Source of the DNA: an uncultured Armatimonadetes bacterium
GTDB taxonomy: Bacteria > Armatimonadota > Hebobacteria > Hebobacterales > Hebobacteraceae
Reading direction: 5' to 3'
Length of the DNA stretch: 64,000 nucleotides
Assembly (NCBI GenBank): GCA_963716175.1
Contig: OY970296.1
Span: 4,160,001-4,224,000, forward strand
Position numbers and translations under genes: made by a program. Shown here piece after piece: positions 49,517 through 62,792 of this stretch. How positions within the stretch are numbered: the stretch's first letter is position 1; the number at the start of each line of letters is the position of its first letter. The notes below the pieces were generated by a model that saw only the letters and a program-made list of their open reading frames with translations, was not told where the DNA came from and searched no databases.

Positions 49517-50341
49517 GTGGAGGCGGCAGTGACGAGGCGTCGCAGGCGGGAGGTAAGGTGGTTGCTGGGCCTGGCTGTGCTGATGGCCGGCCTGGTGGTG
49601 CTGCTGGCGAACCTGCCGGCGAAGGCGGCGCCGGAGAAGACGACGCTGGTGCTGTTTGTGGGCTCGGCCACCAAGCCGCCCATGCTGGAGGCGAAATCCC
49701 TGTTCGAGAAGTCCCACCCCGACATTGCCCTGGAGATGACGTTCGGCGGGTCGGGCACGTTACTGAACCAGATGGTGCTGGAGAAGACCGGCGACATCTA
49801 CGTGCCCGGTTCCGACGACTACATGGACAAGGCGGAGAAGCAGAAGGCGGTCATCCCCGCGACGCGGAGAATCGTGGCCTACCTGGTGCCTGTGATGCTA
49901 GTGGCTCGCGGCAATCCCAAGCAGATCCGATCCCTCAAAGACCTGGCCCGGCCCAAAGTGAAGGTAGGCCTGGCGAGGGCCGGCGCGGTATGCCTGGGGG
50001 ATGTGGCCGACCAGGTGCTGAGAAGCGCCGGGATCGAGAGCCAGGTGAAGAAGAACGTGATCACCTATGCCGGGAGCTGCGAGCAGACCGAGCAGCTGAT
50101 CGAGCTGGGCGAGGTTGACGCCATCATCGGGTGGGACTCCTTCAAGGCCTGGGCGCCGACCAAGCTCGACGTCGTCCGCATCCCCGGCAAGTACCTGAGG
50201 GTGCGCAATGTCCCGGCGGCAGTGGCGGCGTACTCCAAGCACCGGGCGGAGGGGCAAGAGCTGATCAAGTTCCTGACCTCAAAGCAAGGGAAGGCGATCT
50301 TCGCCAAGCATGGCTACAGCGTCAATCCCCCCAGGATCTAG
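49517..50341 (+). CDS. modA: Molybdate ABC transporter substrate-binding protein
   Basis: Signal peptide; FGGSGTLLNQ; GNPKQIRSLKDL; IFAKHGY. Confidence 0.85.
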   Translation: MEAAVTRRRRREVRWLLGLAVLMAGLVVLLANLPAKAAPEKTTLVLFVGSATKPPMLEAKSLFEKSHPDIALEMTFGGSGTLLNQMVLEKTGDIYVPGSDDYMDKAEKQKAVIPATRRIVAYLVPVMLVARGNPKQIRSLKDLARPKVKVGLARAGAVCLGDVADQVLRSAGIESQVKKNVITYAGSCEQTEQLIELGEVDAIIGWDSFKAWAPTKLDVVRIPGKYLRVRNVPAAVAAYSKHRAEGQELIKFLTSKQGKAIFAKHGYSVNPPRI

Positions 50342-50384
50342 CAGGCAGGCGGCGCGCGCGGAGAGCAGGGCCGGCGATCACCGG

Positions 50385-51194
50385 GTGCGGCCCGAGAGAC
50401 GCTCCAGCCTGGTCTACCTGGCGGCGCTGGCCTCGCTGCCGCTGCTCATCTACCTGCTGGCGCCCATCCTGGGCCTGATGGCTCGCATTACTCCTCGCTC
50501 CTACGGCTGCTGCTGGGAGGCGGCGAGCGCGCTTCGCCTGAGCTTGTTCACGGCCAGCATTTCGCTGGTGATCGCGATCCTGATCGGCACCCCGGTGGCC
50601 TACTGGCTGTCGCACTATCACTTCCGGGGCAAGGACGTGATAGACACGCTGATAGACTTGCCGTTGGTGCTTCCGCCGGTGGCCGCGGGCCTGGCCCTGC
50701 TCCTGCTCTATGGGCAGCAGGGCTTTGGGGCGCTGCTGGCCACCCATGACCTGCGGCTCAGCTTCACCCGTGCCGCGGTGGTGATGGCCCAGGTCTTCGT
50801 GGCTTCGCCCTTCTACGTGAAGCAAGCGCGCGCGGGGTTCGAGGCGGTCCCGCGGGAGCTGCGGCTGGCCTCGGCGACTCTGGGGGCGGGCCCGCTTCGC
50901 ACCTTCTTCCGGGTCACCGTCCCGCTGGCCGGCCACGCCCTGATCGCGGGCGCGGTGATGACGTGGGCGCGGGCGCTAGGGGAGTTCGGGGCTACTCTGA
51001 TGTTCGCCGGCGCTTTTCCGGGACGCACGGAAACCATGCCCGTCGCCATCTATACCCCGGCTTCGGCGGGCACGGAGGAGGGGCTGCGCACCTCCATCGC
51101 GCTGGCGGTGGTGCTGGTGGTGGTGTCCTTCGCGGTGATCGTCCTCGCCAGGCGACTGGCCGGCCGCACGCTCTATCTGACGCCTACCGCGTAG
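50385..51194 (+). CDS. modB: Molybdate ABC transporter permease (start uncertain)
   Basis: LPLVLPPVAAG, ARALGEFGAT, PGRTETMP. Confidence 0.88.
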   Translation: MRPERRSSLVYLAALASLPLLIYLLAPILGLMARITPRSYGCCWEAASALRLSLFTASISLVIAILIGTPVAYWLSHYHFRGKDVIDTLIDLPLVLPPVAAGLALLLLYGQQGFGALLATHDLRLSFTRAAVVMAQVFVASPFYVKQARAGFEAVPRELRLASATLGAGPLRTFFRVTVPLAGHALIAGAVMTWARALGEFGATLMFAGAFPGRTETMPVAIYTPASAGTEEGLRTSIALAVVLVVVSFAVIVLARRLAGRTLYLTPTA

Positions 51195-51245
51195 CCGCAG
51201 AACGAGATGCGGCGGGCATGCCTGCAGCATACCCGCCCTACAGAG

Positions 51246-52181
51246 CTATCGCGCGGGCGGGATGATCTCTGCGCCTCTCACCCCTACGTCCAGACGGTGG
51301 ATGCTGTGCTGGCCGGCCACCGTGACGTAGAGGCTGGTCCCCCACCAGCAGAGGTTAGTGACCTGGTCGCCACCAGCCGGGTAGCTCTGCAGCAGCTTGC
51401 CGTTCTCGACATCCACGACGTCCACCGTCTTGCTGGTCCAGCGGGCGATCCACAGGCGCCCGAACTCGTCGAACATGATGCCGTCGAGGGTCTCGGTGGG
51501 GAGCTCGATGATGGTGCGCTTATCCGCCAGGCTGCCGTCCGGCTTCAGATCCCAGCACAGCAGGCGATTGGTGTCGGACTCAGCAACGTAGAGCCGATGC
51601 TGATCCGGTGAGACCGCGAGGCCATTGGGGAAGGCCAGGCCCTCGGCGATGCGAGTCACGGTGGCCACCGAGCTATCAGCGGCGACGGTGATGCGGTAGA
51701 CGCACCCGATGGGGTTCTCTTTGCTGGACTCCTCCGGATCGGTGAAGTAGATGTTGCCGGCGAGATCCAGGCAGACATCGTTGGGGCCGCGGTAGGGCTG
51801 GCCGCCGCAGTCCTTGGTGAGCACTTCGATCCGGCGGGTGATGGGATGAACGCGCAGGATGCGCTTGCCGCCGTAGTCGGCGACGACGATGTTTCCCTGG
51901 CCGTCCACCTTGAGGCCGTTGGCCTGGCCGCCGGTGTGGACCCAGACGCTGACGGTGCCATCCGGGGTGCGCCGGCCCAGGGTCCCGAGCGCGTGGTAGT
52001 TCACGAAGTAGAGGTTGCCGGCGCGATCGAAGATGGGACCTTCGGCGAAGGCAATGTCGGCGACGACAGGGTAGGGCTCGACTTTGTCCGGAAGGGGTGG
52101 GGCCTGGGCGGCGCAGGCGAGGGCGCAGAGGAAGATGCCGAAGAGAGCAAAGACAGCACAAGGTGGCACCGGCTCGAACAT
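51246..52181 (-). CDS. SMP-30/gluconolactonase family protein, secreted
   Basis: AEGP, ANGL, GPND, FPNGLAVSPD, DGIMFD; AGGAGG SD. Confidence 0.9.
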   Translation of the reverse strand: MFEPVPPCAVFALFGIFLCALACAAQAPPLPDKVEPYPVVADIAFAEGPIFDRAGNLYFVNYHALGTLGRRTPDGTVSVWVHTGGQANGLKVDGQGNIVVADYGGKRILRVHPITRRIEVLTKDCGGQPYRGPNDVCLDLAGNIYFTDPEESSKENPIGCVYRITVAADSSVATVTRIAEGLAFPNGLAVSPDQHRLYVAESDTNRLLCWDLKPDGSLADKRTIIELPTETLDGIMFDEFGRLWIARWTSKTVDVVDVENGKLLQSYPAGGDQVTNLCWWGTSLYVTVAGQHSIHRLDVGVRGAEIIPPAR

Positions 52182-52279
52182 CAGACTGACCTCCTGGAGA
52201 GTTGGCACCAGCTTAGGCGGCGAGGGGGGTGAGTCCTGCGGGCCTTACGCGGGTTGTCGCTCGCTGTGCTCACGACAAA

Positions 52280-52349
52280 GCCGTCTGGCGCGGTCAGGGG
52301 ACCGCGCCCTACAGGCCGTCTGGCGCGGTCAGGGGACCGCGCCCTACAG
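52280..52349. repeat. Tandem duplicate of a 35-bp GTAG-type REP unit
   Basis: GCCGTCTGGCGCGGTCAGGGGACCGCGCCCTACAG x2. Confidence 0.9.
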
Positions 52350-52418
52350 GTACTCTCCGGCAGGTCGCGCTGGCCGCGGCGCCGAAGACGCGGGGCACCA
52401 ATTCGGGAGGCGACCGCG

Positions 52419-53129
52419 ATGCCGCGAACAGTGCGCTATGAAGAGATGCTGCCGCATGAGTTTGAGGAGGCCTTGCGCGAGTTTCCGGTGGCCTATGCGC
52501 CCTTCGGCTCGCTGGAGTGGCATGGGGTACATCTCGCCCTGGGCAATGATACGCTGAAGGCGCACGGGATCTTGATGCGAGTGGCGGAGAAGTACGGCGG
52601 GGTGGTGGTCCCTCACACCTACTGGGGACACATGGGCCACTGGCGGCCTGGCTGTCATCCGGGCCTGCGGCCGGAGGTGACCGACGAGCTGTTCATTGAC
52701 ATCTTCAAGGGCCTGGTGGAGGTTGGGTTCAGAGTCGTCATCGCCGTGACGGGGCATGATGTGGATGAGCAGGTGGCGTCACTGAACAAGGCGGCGGAGG
52801 CGATCTCGGCCGAGGGCAAGGCGGCGGGACACGCGATGATGGAGGCCGACCTGAACGAGGGCGACCCCGAGGTGGGGATGGACCACGCTTCCCACTGGGA
52901 GACATCTTATCTCATGTCCATCCGGCCGGAGCTGGTGGACATGAGAAAGCTGGCCGCGGTGATGACCCCCGAAGATGAGGTGGACTGGGAGAAGCACGGC
53001 ATGGGTGGACGCAACCCGCTCAAATACGCCTCCCGGGAGCTGGGGGAACGGGCGATCAACAAGATGGTGGATGCGATTGGAAGGAAGGCGCAGGAGCTGC
53101 TAGCACGGGTGGCGGGGAAGATAGGCTAG
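52419..53129 (+). CDS. Creatininase family amidohydrolase
   Basis: PFGSLEWHGVHLALGND, TGH, DHASHWETS. Confidence 0.9.
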   Translation: MPRTVRYEEMLPHEFEEALREFPVAYAPFGSLEWHGVHLALGNDTLKAHGILMRVAEKYGGVVVPHTYWGHMGHWRPGCHPGLRPEVTDELFIDIFKGLVEVGFRVVIAVTGHDVDEQVASLNKAAEAISAEGKAAGHAMMEADLNEGDPEVGMDHASHWETSYLMSIRPELVDMRKLAAVMTPEDEVDWEKHGMGGRNPLKYASRELGERAINKMVDAIGRKAQELLARVAGKIG

Positions 53130-53269
53130 GAAGAGCGGCGGGCATGCCCCTCCGCCAGGGCTTCGGGGGATACCCGCCCTACAGGCCTTCCAGGGTGGTT
53201 TGGGTGGGTCTGGGCCGGGTAGGATGAAGCGGGACCGGCCGTGGGCTAGAAGAAATGCTGAACAGGTTC

Positions 53270-53297
53270 TTGACACGGCCTGGCGAGATGGTATAAT
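53270..53297 (+). promoter_or_regulatory. rRNA promoter
   Basis: TTGACA-16bp-TATAAT; BoxA-like GAACATTGAAAA at about 53508. Confidence 0.85.
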
Positions 53298-53424
53298 GAA
53301 GTTTGCCCGGAAAAGGGCTACTGCCGGAGGACCCAACACGGTCGTCTACAGCGATAGTTGATCGGGTGCAGAGTTTGGGTAGGAGCTGACCGCAGAGGTG
53401 GCTCGTCCCCTCTGCGGTTTCGTT

Positions 53425-53670
53425 TGCTACTCTGCGAAGTAGCGACCGAGTCGGGGCTAGCGGAGCGAGAAGAAGGGCTTCGCTAGGTAGCACGAGTCCG
53501 GCAGGCAGAACATTGAAAAGTGCATAGTCGTGAGAATCAGCAGGAGGGCCGGAAGGCTCTCCGGGCTGAGATGACGTCGCCGAACTCTCTTTGCCTCGAC
53601 CGGATGCTACTCTGCGAAGTAGCGGCCAGCTCAACGCAGTTGCGAGCTGGGCTTCGCTACGTAGCACGAG
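53425..53670. repeat. Two paralogous hairpin elements in the rRNA leader
   Basis: TGCTACTCTGCGAAGTAGCG...GGGCTTCGCTA(G/C)GTAGCACGAG at 53425-53496 and 53605-53670. Confidence 0.8.
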
Positions 53671-53686
53671 CCTGTTGTCCGGAAGG

Positions 53687-56794
<3,108 letters not shown>

Positions 56795-56900
56795 CCTTCC
56801 TGAGAGCAGGCCAGGCGGGGCAGGGAGTTTGGTGGCGCCATCACTCACGGCTATGAAGGGCGGTGCGTCTGCAGCGCACTGCCCGGCGAATTGGTCTTGC

Positions 56901-57018
56901 TTCCGGTGGCCAGAGCGGAGGGGAAACGCCTCTTCCCATTCCGAACAGAGCAGCTAAGCCCTCCAGCGCCGATGGTACTGCAGGGGCAACCTTGTGGGAG
57001 AGTAGGACGTTGCCGGGA
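56901..57018 (+). rRNA. rrf: 5S rRNA
   Basis: CCCATTCCGAAC, GCCGATGGTACTG, GGGAGAGTAGGACG; terminal stem. Confidence 0.97.
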
Positions 57019-57064
57019 GCTAGAGACGAAGTCCACGCCCTCGACCAAGGGCGTGGACTTCGTT

Positions 57065-57096
57065 CCTTGTGGGAGAGTAGGACGTTGCCGGGAGCT
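57065..57096 (+). repeat. Exact 32-bp duplicate of the 5S rRNA 3' end
   Basis: CCTTGTGGGAGAGTAGGACGTTGCCGGGAGCT, identical to 56990-57021. Confidence 0.92.
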
Positions 57097-57182
57097 TATG
57101 TCCAGGACCCGTATCTGAGAAGGTGCGGGTCCCTGCGCTTTCTCAGGGGTCTTCGTGTATAATGGGGGCCAGGAGAGACTAC

Positions 57183-57413
57183 ATGGAGACGCGGCACTAT
57201 AACTACACCGTGATCCTCGAGCCCGAAGAGGGCGGCGGCTACCACGCCTTCTGCCCTTCGCTCAAAGGGCTTCACACCTACGGTGACACGCTCGAACACG
57301 CGATCGCCAACGCGCGGGAGGCGGTCGAGGTCTATCTCGAAAGCCTGAAGGCGCATGGCGAGCCGCTGCCGGTCGAGGACTTGGTGATCAAACCCATTGA
57401 GGTGGCGGCTTGA
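57183..57413 (+). CDS. hicB: Type II TA antitoxin HicB
   Basis: YTVILEPEEGGGYHAFCPSLKGLHTYGDTLEHAIANAREAVEVYLE. Confidence 0.92.
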   Translation: METRHYNYTVILEPEEGGGYHAFCPSLKGLHTYGDTLEHAIANAREAVEVYLESLKAHGEPLPVEDLVIKPIEVAA

Positions 57414-57492
57414 GCCAGAAGCTGCCCGTCGTTCAGTCGAAGGACCTCGTGCGCGTAGCCCAGAAGTGGATGAATTCCGAGCACTGCTGTGA
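57410..57492 (+). pseudogene. hicA: hicA remnant with internal deletion
   Basis: TTG start overlaps the hicB stop: MSQKLPVVQSKDLVRVAQK, then out-of-frame VDEFRALL*; the GSH core is absent. Confidence 0.7.
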
Positions 57493-57544
57493 CCGCGATC
57501 TTGGCGATGGTGCTGCCGGGAGCTAAGAGTGAGGGCCCGCTGAA

Positions 57545-58291
57545 AGGCGGGCTTCGCGCGTCTAGGGAAGTGGACAATCCGCAGATTGCGCAGATTCACG
57601 CAGACGAGGGCAGGAGACGCGCTCCTGCCCTAGGAATCCCACCGAGAGCAAACCGTCTGTAGGGGCGACCCTCTGCGGTCGCCCGCGTGGAGGGATACGT
57701 GGCAACAACCGACTGGATCGCGGCCGCGAAGCGGCTGGGCGCGGCGGAGGCGAAGATGATCGCTCCGGTGACGGTGGTGACCGCGCCCTGGGTGCGGCTG
57801 AAGTGCCAGTACGGCTGCGGTGGGTGGGGGCAGCGGCTCACTTGCCCGCCCTACTCCCCTACCCCAGAGCAGACCCGCAACGTGCTCAACTGCTACACCA
57901 CCGCCATCCTGGTGCACGTGCCCGGTGAAGGCAACTGGCGGTCCATCAAGCAGATCGTCGCCGACCTGGAGCGGGAAGTGTTCCTGGCGGGTAACTACAA
58001 GGCCTTCGCCTTCGGCTCCGGGCCGTGCGACCTGTGCGATGAGTGCAACCTGGAGGACTGCGAGCACCCGCACCAGGCGCGACCGGCGATGGAGGCGGCG
58101 GGCATAGATGTCTTCGCCACGGCCCGCGGCAACGGTTATCCCATTGACGTGGTCAAGGATCATAGCTGCCCGCAGAACTACTATGGGTTGGTGTTGGTGG
58201 AGTAGGCGGGCTTCGCGCGTCAACGGAAGAGGACAATCCGCAGATTGCGCAGATTCACGCAGACGGGGGCAGGAGACACGCTCCTACCCTA
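57545..58291. repeat. 88-bp direct repeats (57545-57632, 58204-58291) flanking the DUF2284 gene
   Basis: 6 mismatches by manual alignment. Confidence 0.88.
57699..58205 (+). CDS. DUF2284 predicted metal-binding protein
   Basis: WVRLKCQYGC, TCPP, GPCDLCDEC, RPAMEAAGIDV. Confidence 0.85.
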   Translation: MATTDWIAAAKRLGAAEAKMIAPVTVVTAPWVRLKCQYGCGGWGQRLTCPPYSPTPEQTRNVLNCYTTAILVHVPGEGNWRSIKQIVADLEREVFLAGNYKAFAFGSGPCDLCDECNLEDCEHPHQARPAMEAAGIDVFATARGNGYPIDVVKDHSCPQNYYGLVLVE

Positions 58292-58613
58292 CGCATCACC
58301 CCCCGCCGTTGGCGCGTTCGGCCAACCCGTAGGAGGCGCATTCCTGCGCCGATTCGGATGGCGCTCCTACGGGTAGAAGGTCGTTCGTAGGGGCGGCGCT
58401 CTGCCGCCGCCCGATTCCGCGGCGGGAGCCCGCAGAGGGGCTCCCCTACCAGCGGTGCTCTCTGCGCTACGGCAACGGCCGGCGGGCATGCCCTTCGACT
58501 CCGCTCAGGGCGAACTCCGACATGCCCGCGCTACCCCACTTCGCTGAAGCTTCGTGGGGCTGGCAGGGGCAGGAGGAGGTCGCCGGAGGCAACCAGAGCC
58601 CCTGCCCAACACA

Positions 58614-60574
58614 CTAGAGTTTGACGCCGATGAGCATGAACAGCAGTCGCTGGAGGGTGAGCGAGGTGGCCTGTCCGGCGATCATGCCCAGGAACAGGGG
58701 CAGGGCAGCGCGATGGGCGCGCAGGCCGCCATAGCGCAGCAGCAGCGCTTTGATCAACCAGGTGACGAAAATCACCAGCGTCATGGACTGCACGGTGGCG
58801 GAGAGAGCAATGGGATAGGCCACCGGGTGCAGAGGCCACCAGTGGAATCTCAGCTTCAGCAGCATGAGCAGCGTGGTGAAGACCAGGCCGAATCCCATGG
58901 CGGTGGTCTTCGGCAAGCTCGGGTCGCCTGGATAGCGCAGGTACTCGGCGAGCTCCTCGCTCAGCCAGCGGGGCACAGCTAGCATCACTTGCGCGGTGTT
59001 GCCGGTGCCCAGTCCCAGGTGGTACCCCACGTGGATGCTGGCCCAGAAATAGGAGAGGATCGCCAGGGGCGCGGCGAACGCGAGGGCGAGGGCGATCCGG
59101 CGACGCTGCATCCGCCCACCCTCCGCCATCTTGAGCGCCTCCAGCTCGAGGGGAGTCGGATTGTTGCGCTGCTCGAGCAAGTACGGCTTCAGCAGCGCGA
59201 ACATCCCGAGCGACCTGGGCCCGAGCATGCGGGTGCCCACCAGATTCACCAGCATGAAGTTCGGCATCGCCAGCTCGATGGAATGGGTGGGCGCGCCGAG
59301 CTGCGCGCGGAGGCGCGAGAGCGCGAGCGAGAGGGCGAAGTAGAGCGTGAGGAAGCTGACCACGACCCACCCCGTCATCCCCCCCGCGCCAGGAATAGCC
59401 AGAGGTAGCCAATGCCAGCGAGCACGCCGAACACCGCCGTGCGGTAGCCGAAGGCCTCGCCCCGGTCGTCGCCGAGCCGAGACTTGAGCCCCAGCGCCTT
59501 CGCCAGCACCTCGCGGAAGTAGCGCCGGTCCAGCCAGAGGAAGGAGACCACGAGGGCGATGAACCCCCCAGCGGTCTGGTCCTGAGCATAGGGAAACCCG
59601 TTCCAGGCGCTGAGGCACCAGCCGAGCTGCCCGAAGATGAGGAACTCGGACAGCCACAAGATGTCGAAGAAGAAGAGCGAGAAGGCGAGGTCCAGGGGCA
59701 TCAGGTAGCAGATGCCAAGAAACCAGGGGTCCCAGGTGACGGCCTGGTAAGGGATCAGCTCCCAGGGGTGGCGGTTCACCACGTAGGCGCTGTAGTCGAA
59801 GCCAAGGGGCACCTCGGGCAGGCTGCGCACGATGCTGGCGAGTGTGTTCCAAATCCCCACACCCGCGGAGAAGGCGATCGCGGTCCACCACAGCTTGTTG
59901 CGCATCAGGCCGGAGCGTTCCTCCACCATCTCGACTGGCAGCAGGGTGAGGGGGAAGGGGAGCCGCTCCTCGTCCGACCAGCGTCGGCGCACGATGGAGT
60001 TGAGGCAGAGGCAGACCCACATCACCGCGCCCACGAAGGTCGCCCACCAGAAGGCGGGCACCGCCCAAGCGGCGATCACGCGCCAGCTATACGGGTCGGC
60101 GTAGCCGGCATAGAAGCCCTCGAGCACGCCCTGGTCCTGTACGGTGAGCCAGGCCGGGAGGTAGGGCCAGAGGAGCTGCCGCCATGCGTTCTCGTCAGTG
60201 GCGAACCAGAAGGGATAGGTGATGGTTCCCGCCAGCGCTCCACCCAGGTCCCACACGGAGCACACCAGGCCGGTGCCCATCCCGAGCATGAGGTAGATGG
60301 TCAGGATCTCGCCAGGCGCGAGGGTCCAGCGAGACCGGCGCCACTTGAGGAAGTGGTTGAGCAAGGCCAACAGGAAAAGCGCGGCGACGGTGTTGAAGAA
60401 CAGGGATTCGTCGCCCGTGAACCCACCCCACCGCCAGAGGCCGATGACGAGGAACAGCACGTTGACCGGGGTGAGCGCGAAACCCACGATCAGCGCACGC
60501 GCGGTCACGCCCCACCGCCGCCGGGACTGACGCGCTCCCGCCGTTGGGTTGGTGCTTCCGGCCTCCGCGAGCAT
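58614..60574 (-). CDS. DUF6785/DUF6784 (OPT-like) membrane protein (frameshift in the G-run near 59380)
   Basis: ORFs 59375-60574 and 58614-60068 join at ARGG/GGMTGW; RRRWSDEERLPFPL, WWPLHPVAY. Confidence 0.8.
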
Positions 60575-60634
60575 TAGCTACACCCCGCAGGCACAGTGAG
60601 GCCAGGAGCCGCCCCGCCGAGGCCGGACGCGGCT

Positions 60635-61591
60635 CTATAGTGGCCGATTTCCACCGGTTCCCGGTCGCCGGACTCCGGGCAGTGCGGCGGCGAACTCGGG
60701 CGTGAGATTGGAGAATGAGTAGGCTACGATCCTGCTCACGTATGGCGCCTCTCGCGCCAACTGAATGGCGATTCGTTCCGGCGGCACGATTTTTGGGGGG
60801 CTGAGGTCGAACAGCTCCAGATCGGACCAGAACTCCACGCCTGTGTCTGCGCAGGCCCCCGCGGTGGCGGCATAGTAGGGCACGATGTCATCTACCGTGA
60901 TGTGCCTTTCACATCCCACACCGTCCTGCAGCATGAGGATGTCGAGGTGCGTCTGGCCGAGGAACTGACGCCATCTCTGCTCATACTGCTCGATGGTCCC
61001 CCGCAGCGAGAAGAAGGGCGCGGTGCTCACGGCCGCCTCCGGGGCCCACCGCTTCACTCCATCGGTCATCCGGTTGAACAGCTCGACCAGATGAGGCAGA
61101 TTGTCGCCCGCCCACTCGTCACCCAGGTGGATCTCGTGCGAGAGGTAGATGCCGGCGAGCGCCGGCGAGCCGCCGTAGCGCTCGATCAACTCCTGCGATA
61201 TCAGGTTGTTCCGCTCCGCTTCCCGGGGGACGTACCCGGGCAGCTCCGATCGCCGGTTGGGTATATCCCACCAGTTCTGCTCGTCTGACGCCACCCCCAG
61301 ATGGACCGCGAAGCCGGCGCGCTCGGCCGCGGCCAGCATGGCCGCGGTGGGGTCAGATCCTGCGGGGGCCTGAGCGAAGTGCTGCGAGGGATAGTAGGCC
61401 GTGCCCTCGATCACGCTGAACTGCACGATGAGGGTATCCATGCGCAGGCCCTGGAGGAAGGCCAGGCGCTCATCCCACTCGCCGGGCCCGCTGCGGGCCA
61501 GGCGTTCTCTCCAGTACAGGAACACTCCCGAGATGTGGTCAGGCGCGCTCGCGGACTCTGATGGCAGGCGTGAATGGCTCTCGCACTCCAT
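60635..61591 (-). CDS. DUF4434-type putative glycoside hydrolase
   Basis: MDTLIVQ, GIYLSHE, LQDGVG, WSDLELF. Confidence 0.75.
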   Translation of the reverse strand: MECESHSRLPSESASAPDHISGVFLYWRERLARSGPGEWDERLAFLQGLRMDTLIVQFSVIEGTAYYPSQHFAQAPAGSDPTAAMLAAAERAGFAVHLGVASDEQNWWDIPNRRSELPGYVPREAERNNLISQELIERYGGSPALAGIYLSHEIHLGDEWAGDNLPHLVELFNRMTDGVKRWAPEAAVSTAPFFSLRGTIEQYEQRWRQFLGQTHLDILMLQDGVGCERHITVDDIVPYYAATAGACADTGVEFWSDLELFDLSPPKIVPPERIAIQLAREAPYVSRIVAYSFSNLTPEFAAALPGVRRPGTGGNRPL

Positions 61592-61652
61592 CGTCGCTCA
61601 CCTCCTCCTCAACACGGTCCGATACCCCGGCCAGCACTCGGCGGACGGCCGA

Positions 61653-62603
61653 TCATATGCTGGCACCGGGCGCGACGATCTCGTCAACGGCCGCTTTCTC
61701 CTCGGCCGACAGCTCCCAGCCGAGCGCGCCCAGATTGTCGTCCAGCTGCTCGCGCGTCCTGGGACCGACGATGGGCGCGGTGACGGCCGGGTTCGCCAGC
61801 AACCAGGCGAGGGCGAACTGGCTGAGAGACTTGCCTCGCGCCTGGGCCAGGGACGTGAGCTTCTCGATGGCATCGAATCGCCGTTGGGACTCAAGCGATG
61901 CCAGGTCCCAGCCCTCCGCGATCGCCCGCGAACCGGCCGGGGGCGGCTCCCCGCGCCGGTACTTGCCGCTCAGCCAGCCTCCGTCCAGCGGGCACCAGGG
62001 GATAATCCCGATGCCGTATTTCCGGCAGACCGGGACTACCTCTCGCTCCAGTGTCCGATCCAGCAGGCTGTAGTGCGGCTGCTCACAGACGAACCGCTCC
62101 AGGTGTCTCCGTTCCGAGATCCACTGCGCTTCCACCATCTGCCAGGCCGGGAAGTTCGAAGAGCCGATGTACAGCACTTTGCCCTGGCGGACAAGATCGG
62201 TCAGAGCCGACAGGGTCTCCTCCAGCGGGGTGACCGGGTCAGGATGGTGGATCTGATAGAGATCAATGTAGTCGGTCTGCAGGCGGGTCAGGCTGGCCTC
62301 GACTTGCTGGCGGATGTGCAGCCGGTGCGTGCCCTCATCGTTCGGGCCCTCGCCCATCCCCCAGCGGACCTTGGTGGCCAGCACGACGCGGGACCGCCTC
62401 CCCTTCAGCGCCTTGCCAACGCACTGCTCGGACAGGCTGCTGGCGTAGACATTGGCGGTGTCCAGGAAGTTCAGCCCCAGGTCCAGCGCGGCGTGCACGA
62501 GCTGGATCGCCTCCGCCTCGTCATTGCGCCATCCAAAGTACATCCCGCCCAGACACAACGCCGAGACCTTCACGCCGGTAGTGCCCAGCACTCGGTATTC
62601 GAT
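61653..62603 (-). CDS. Aldo/keto reductase; probable ATC start
   Basis: (I)EYRVLGTTGVKVSALCLG, NFLDTANVY, LQTDYIDLYQIH, GKVLYIGSS; GAGGAGG lies 6 nt before ATC. Confidence 0.9.
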   Translation of the reverse strand: MEYRVLGTTGVKVSALCLGGMYFGWRNDEAEAIQLVHAALDLGLNFLDTANVYASSLSEQCVGKALKGRRSRVVLATKVRWGMGEGPNDEGTHRLHIRQQVEASLTRLQTDYIDLYQIHHPDPVTPLEETLSALTDLVRQGKVLYIGSSNFPAWQMVEAQWISERRHLERFVCEQPHYSLLDRTLEREVVPVCRKYGIGIIPWCPLDGGWLSGKYRRGEPPPAGSRAIAEGWDLASLESQRRFDAIEKLTSLAQARGKSLSQFALAWLLANPAVTAPIVGPRTREQLDDNLGALGWELSAEEKAAVDEIVAPGASI

Positions 62604-62792
62604 CCCAAGCCTCCTCTTCCGGCCGCGTGCGGCCGTGCAAGCATGCGGTGGAGAAGATTCCGTCTCTCGCACTTCTCTCCTCTCAGCAGGCCGCAGGGAG
62701 GCAGTGTCGCGGCGAGCGGGACAGCGGTGTGCGCGAGGGAGAGGCAATCCAAGAGTCGTCGCCGAATTGCAGGCGCGAAGGGAGGAGGAGAA

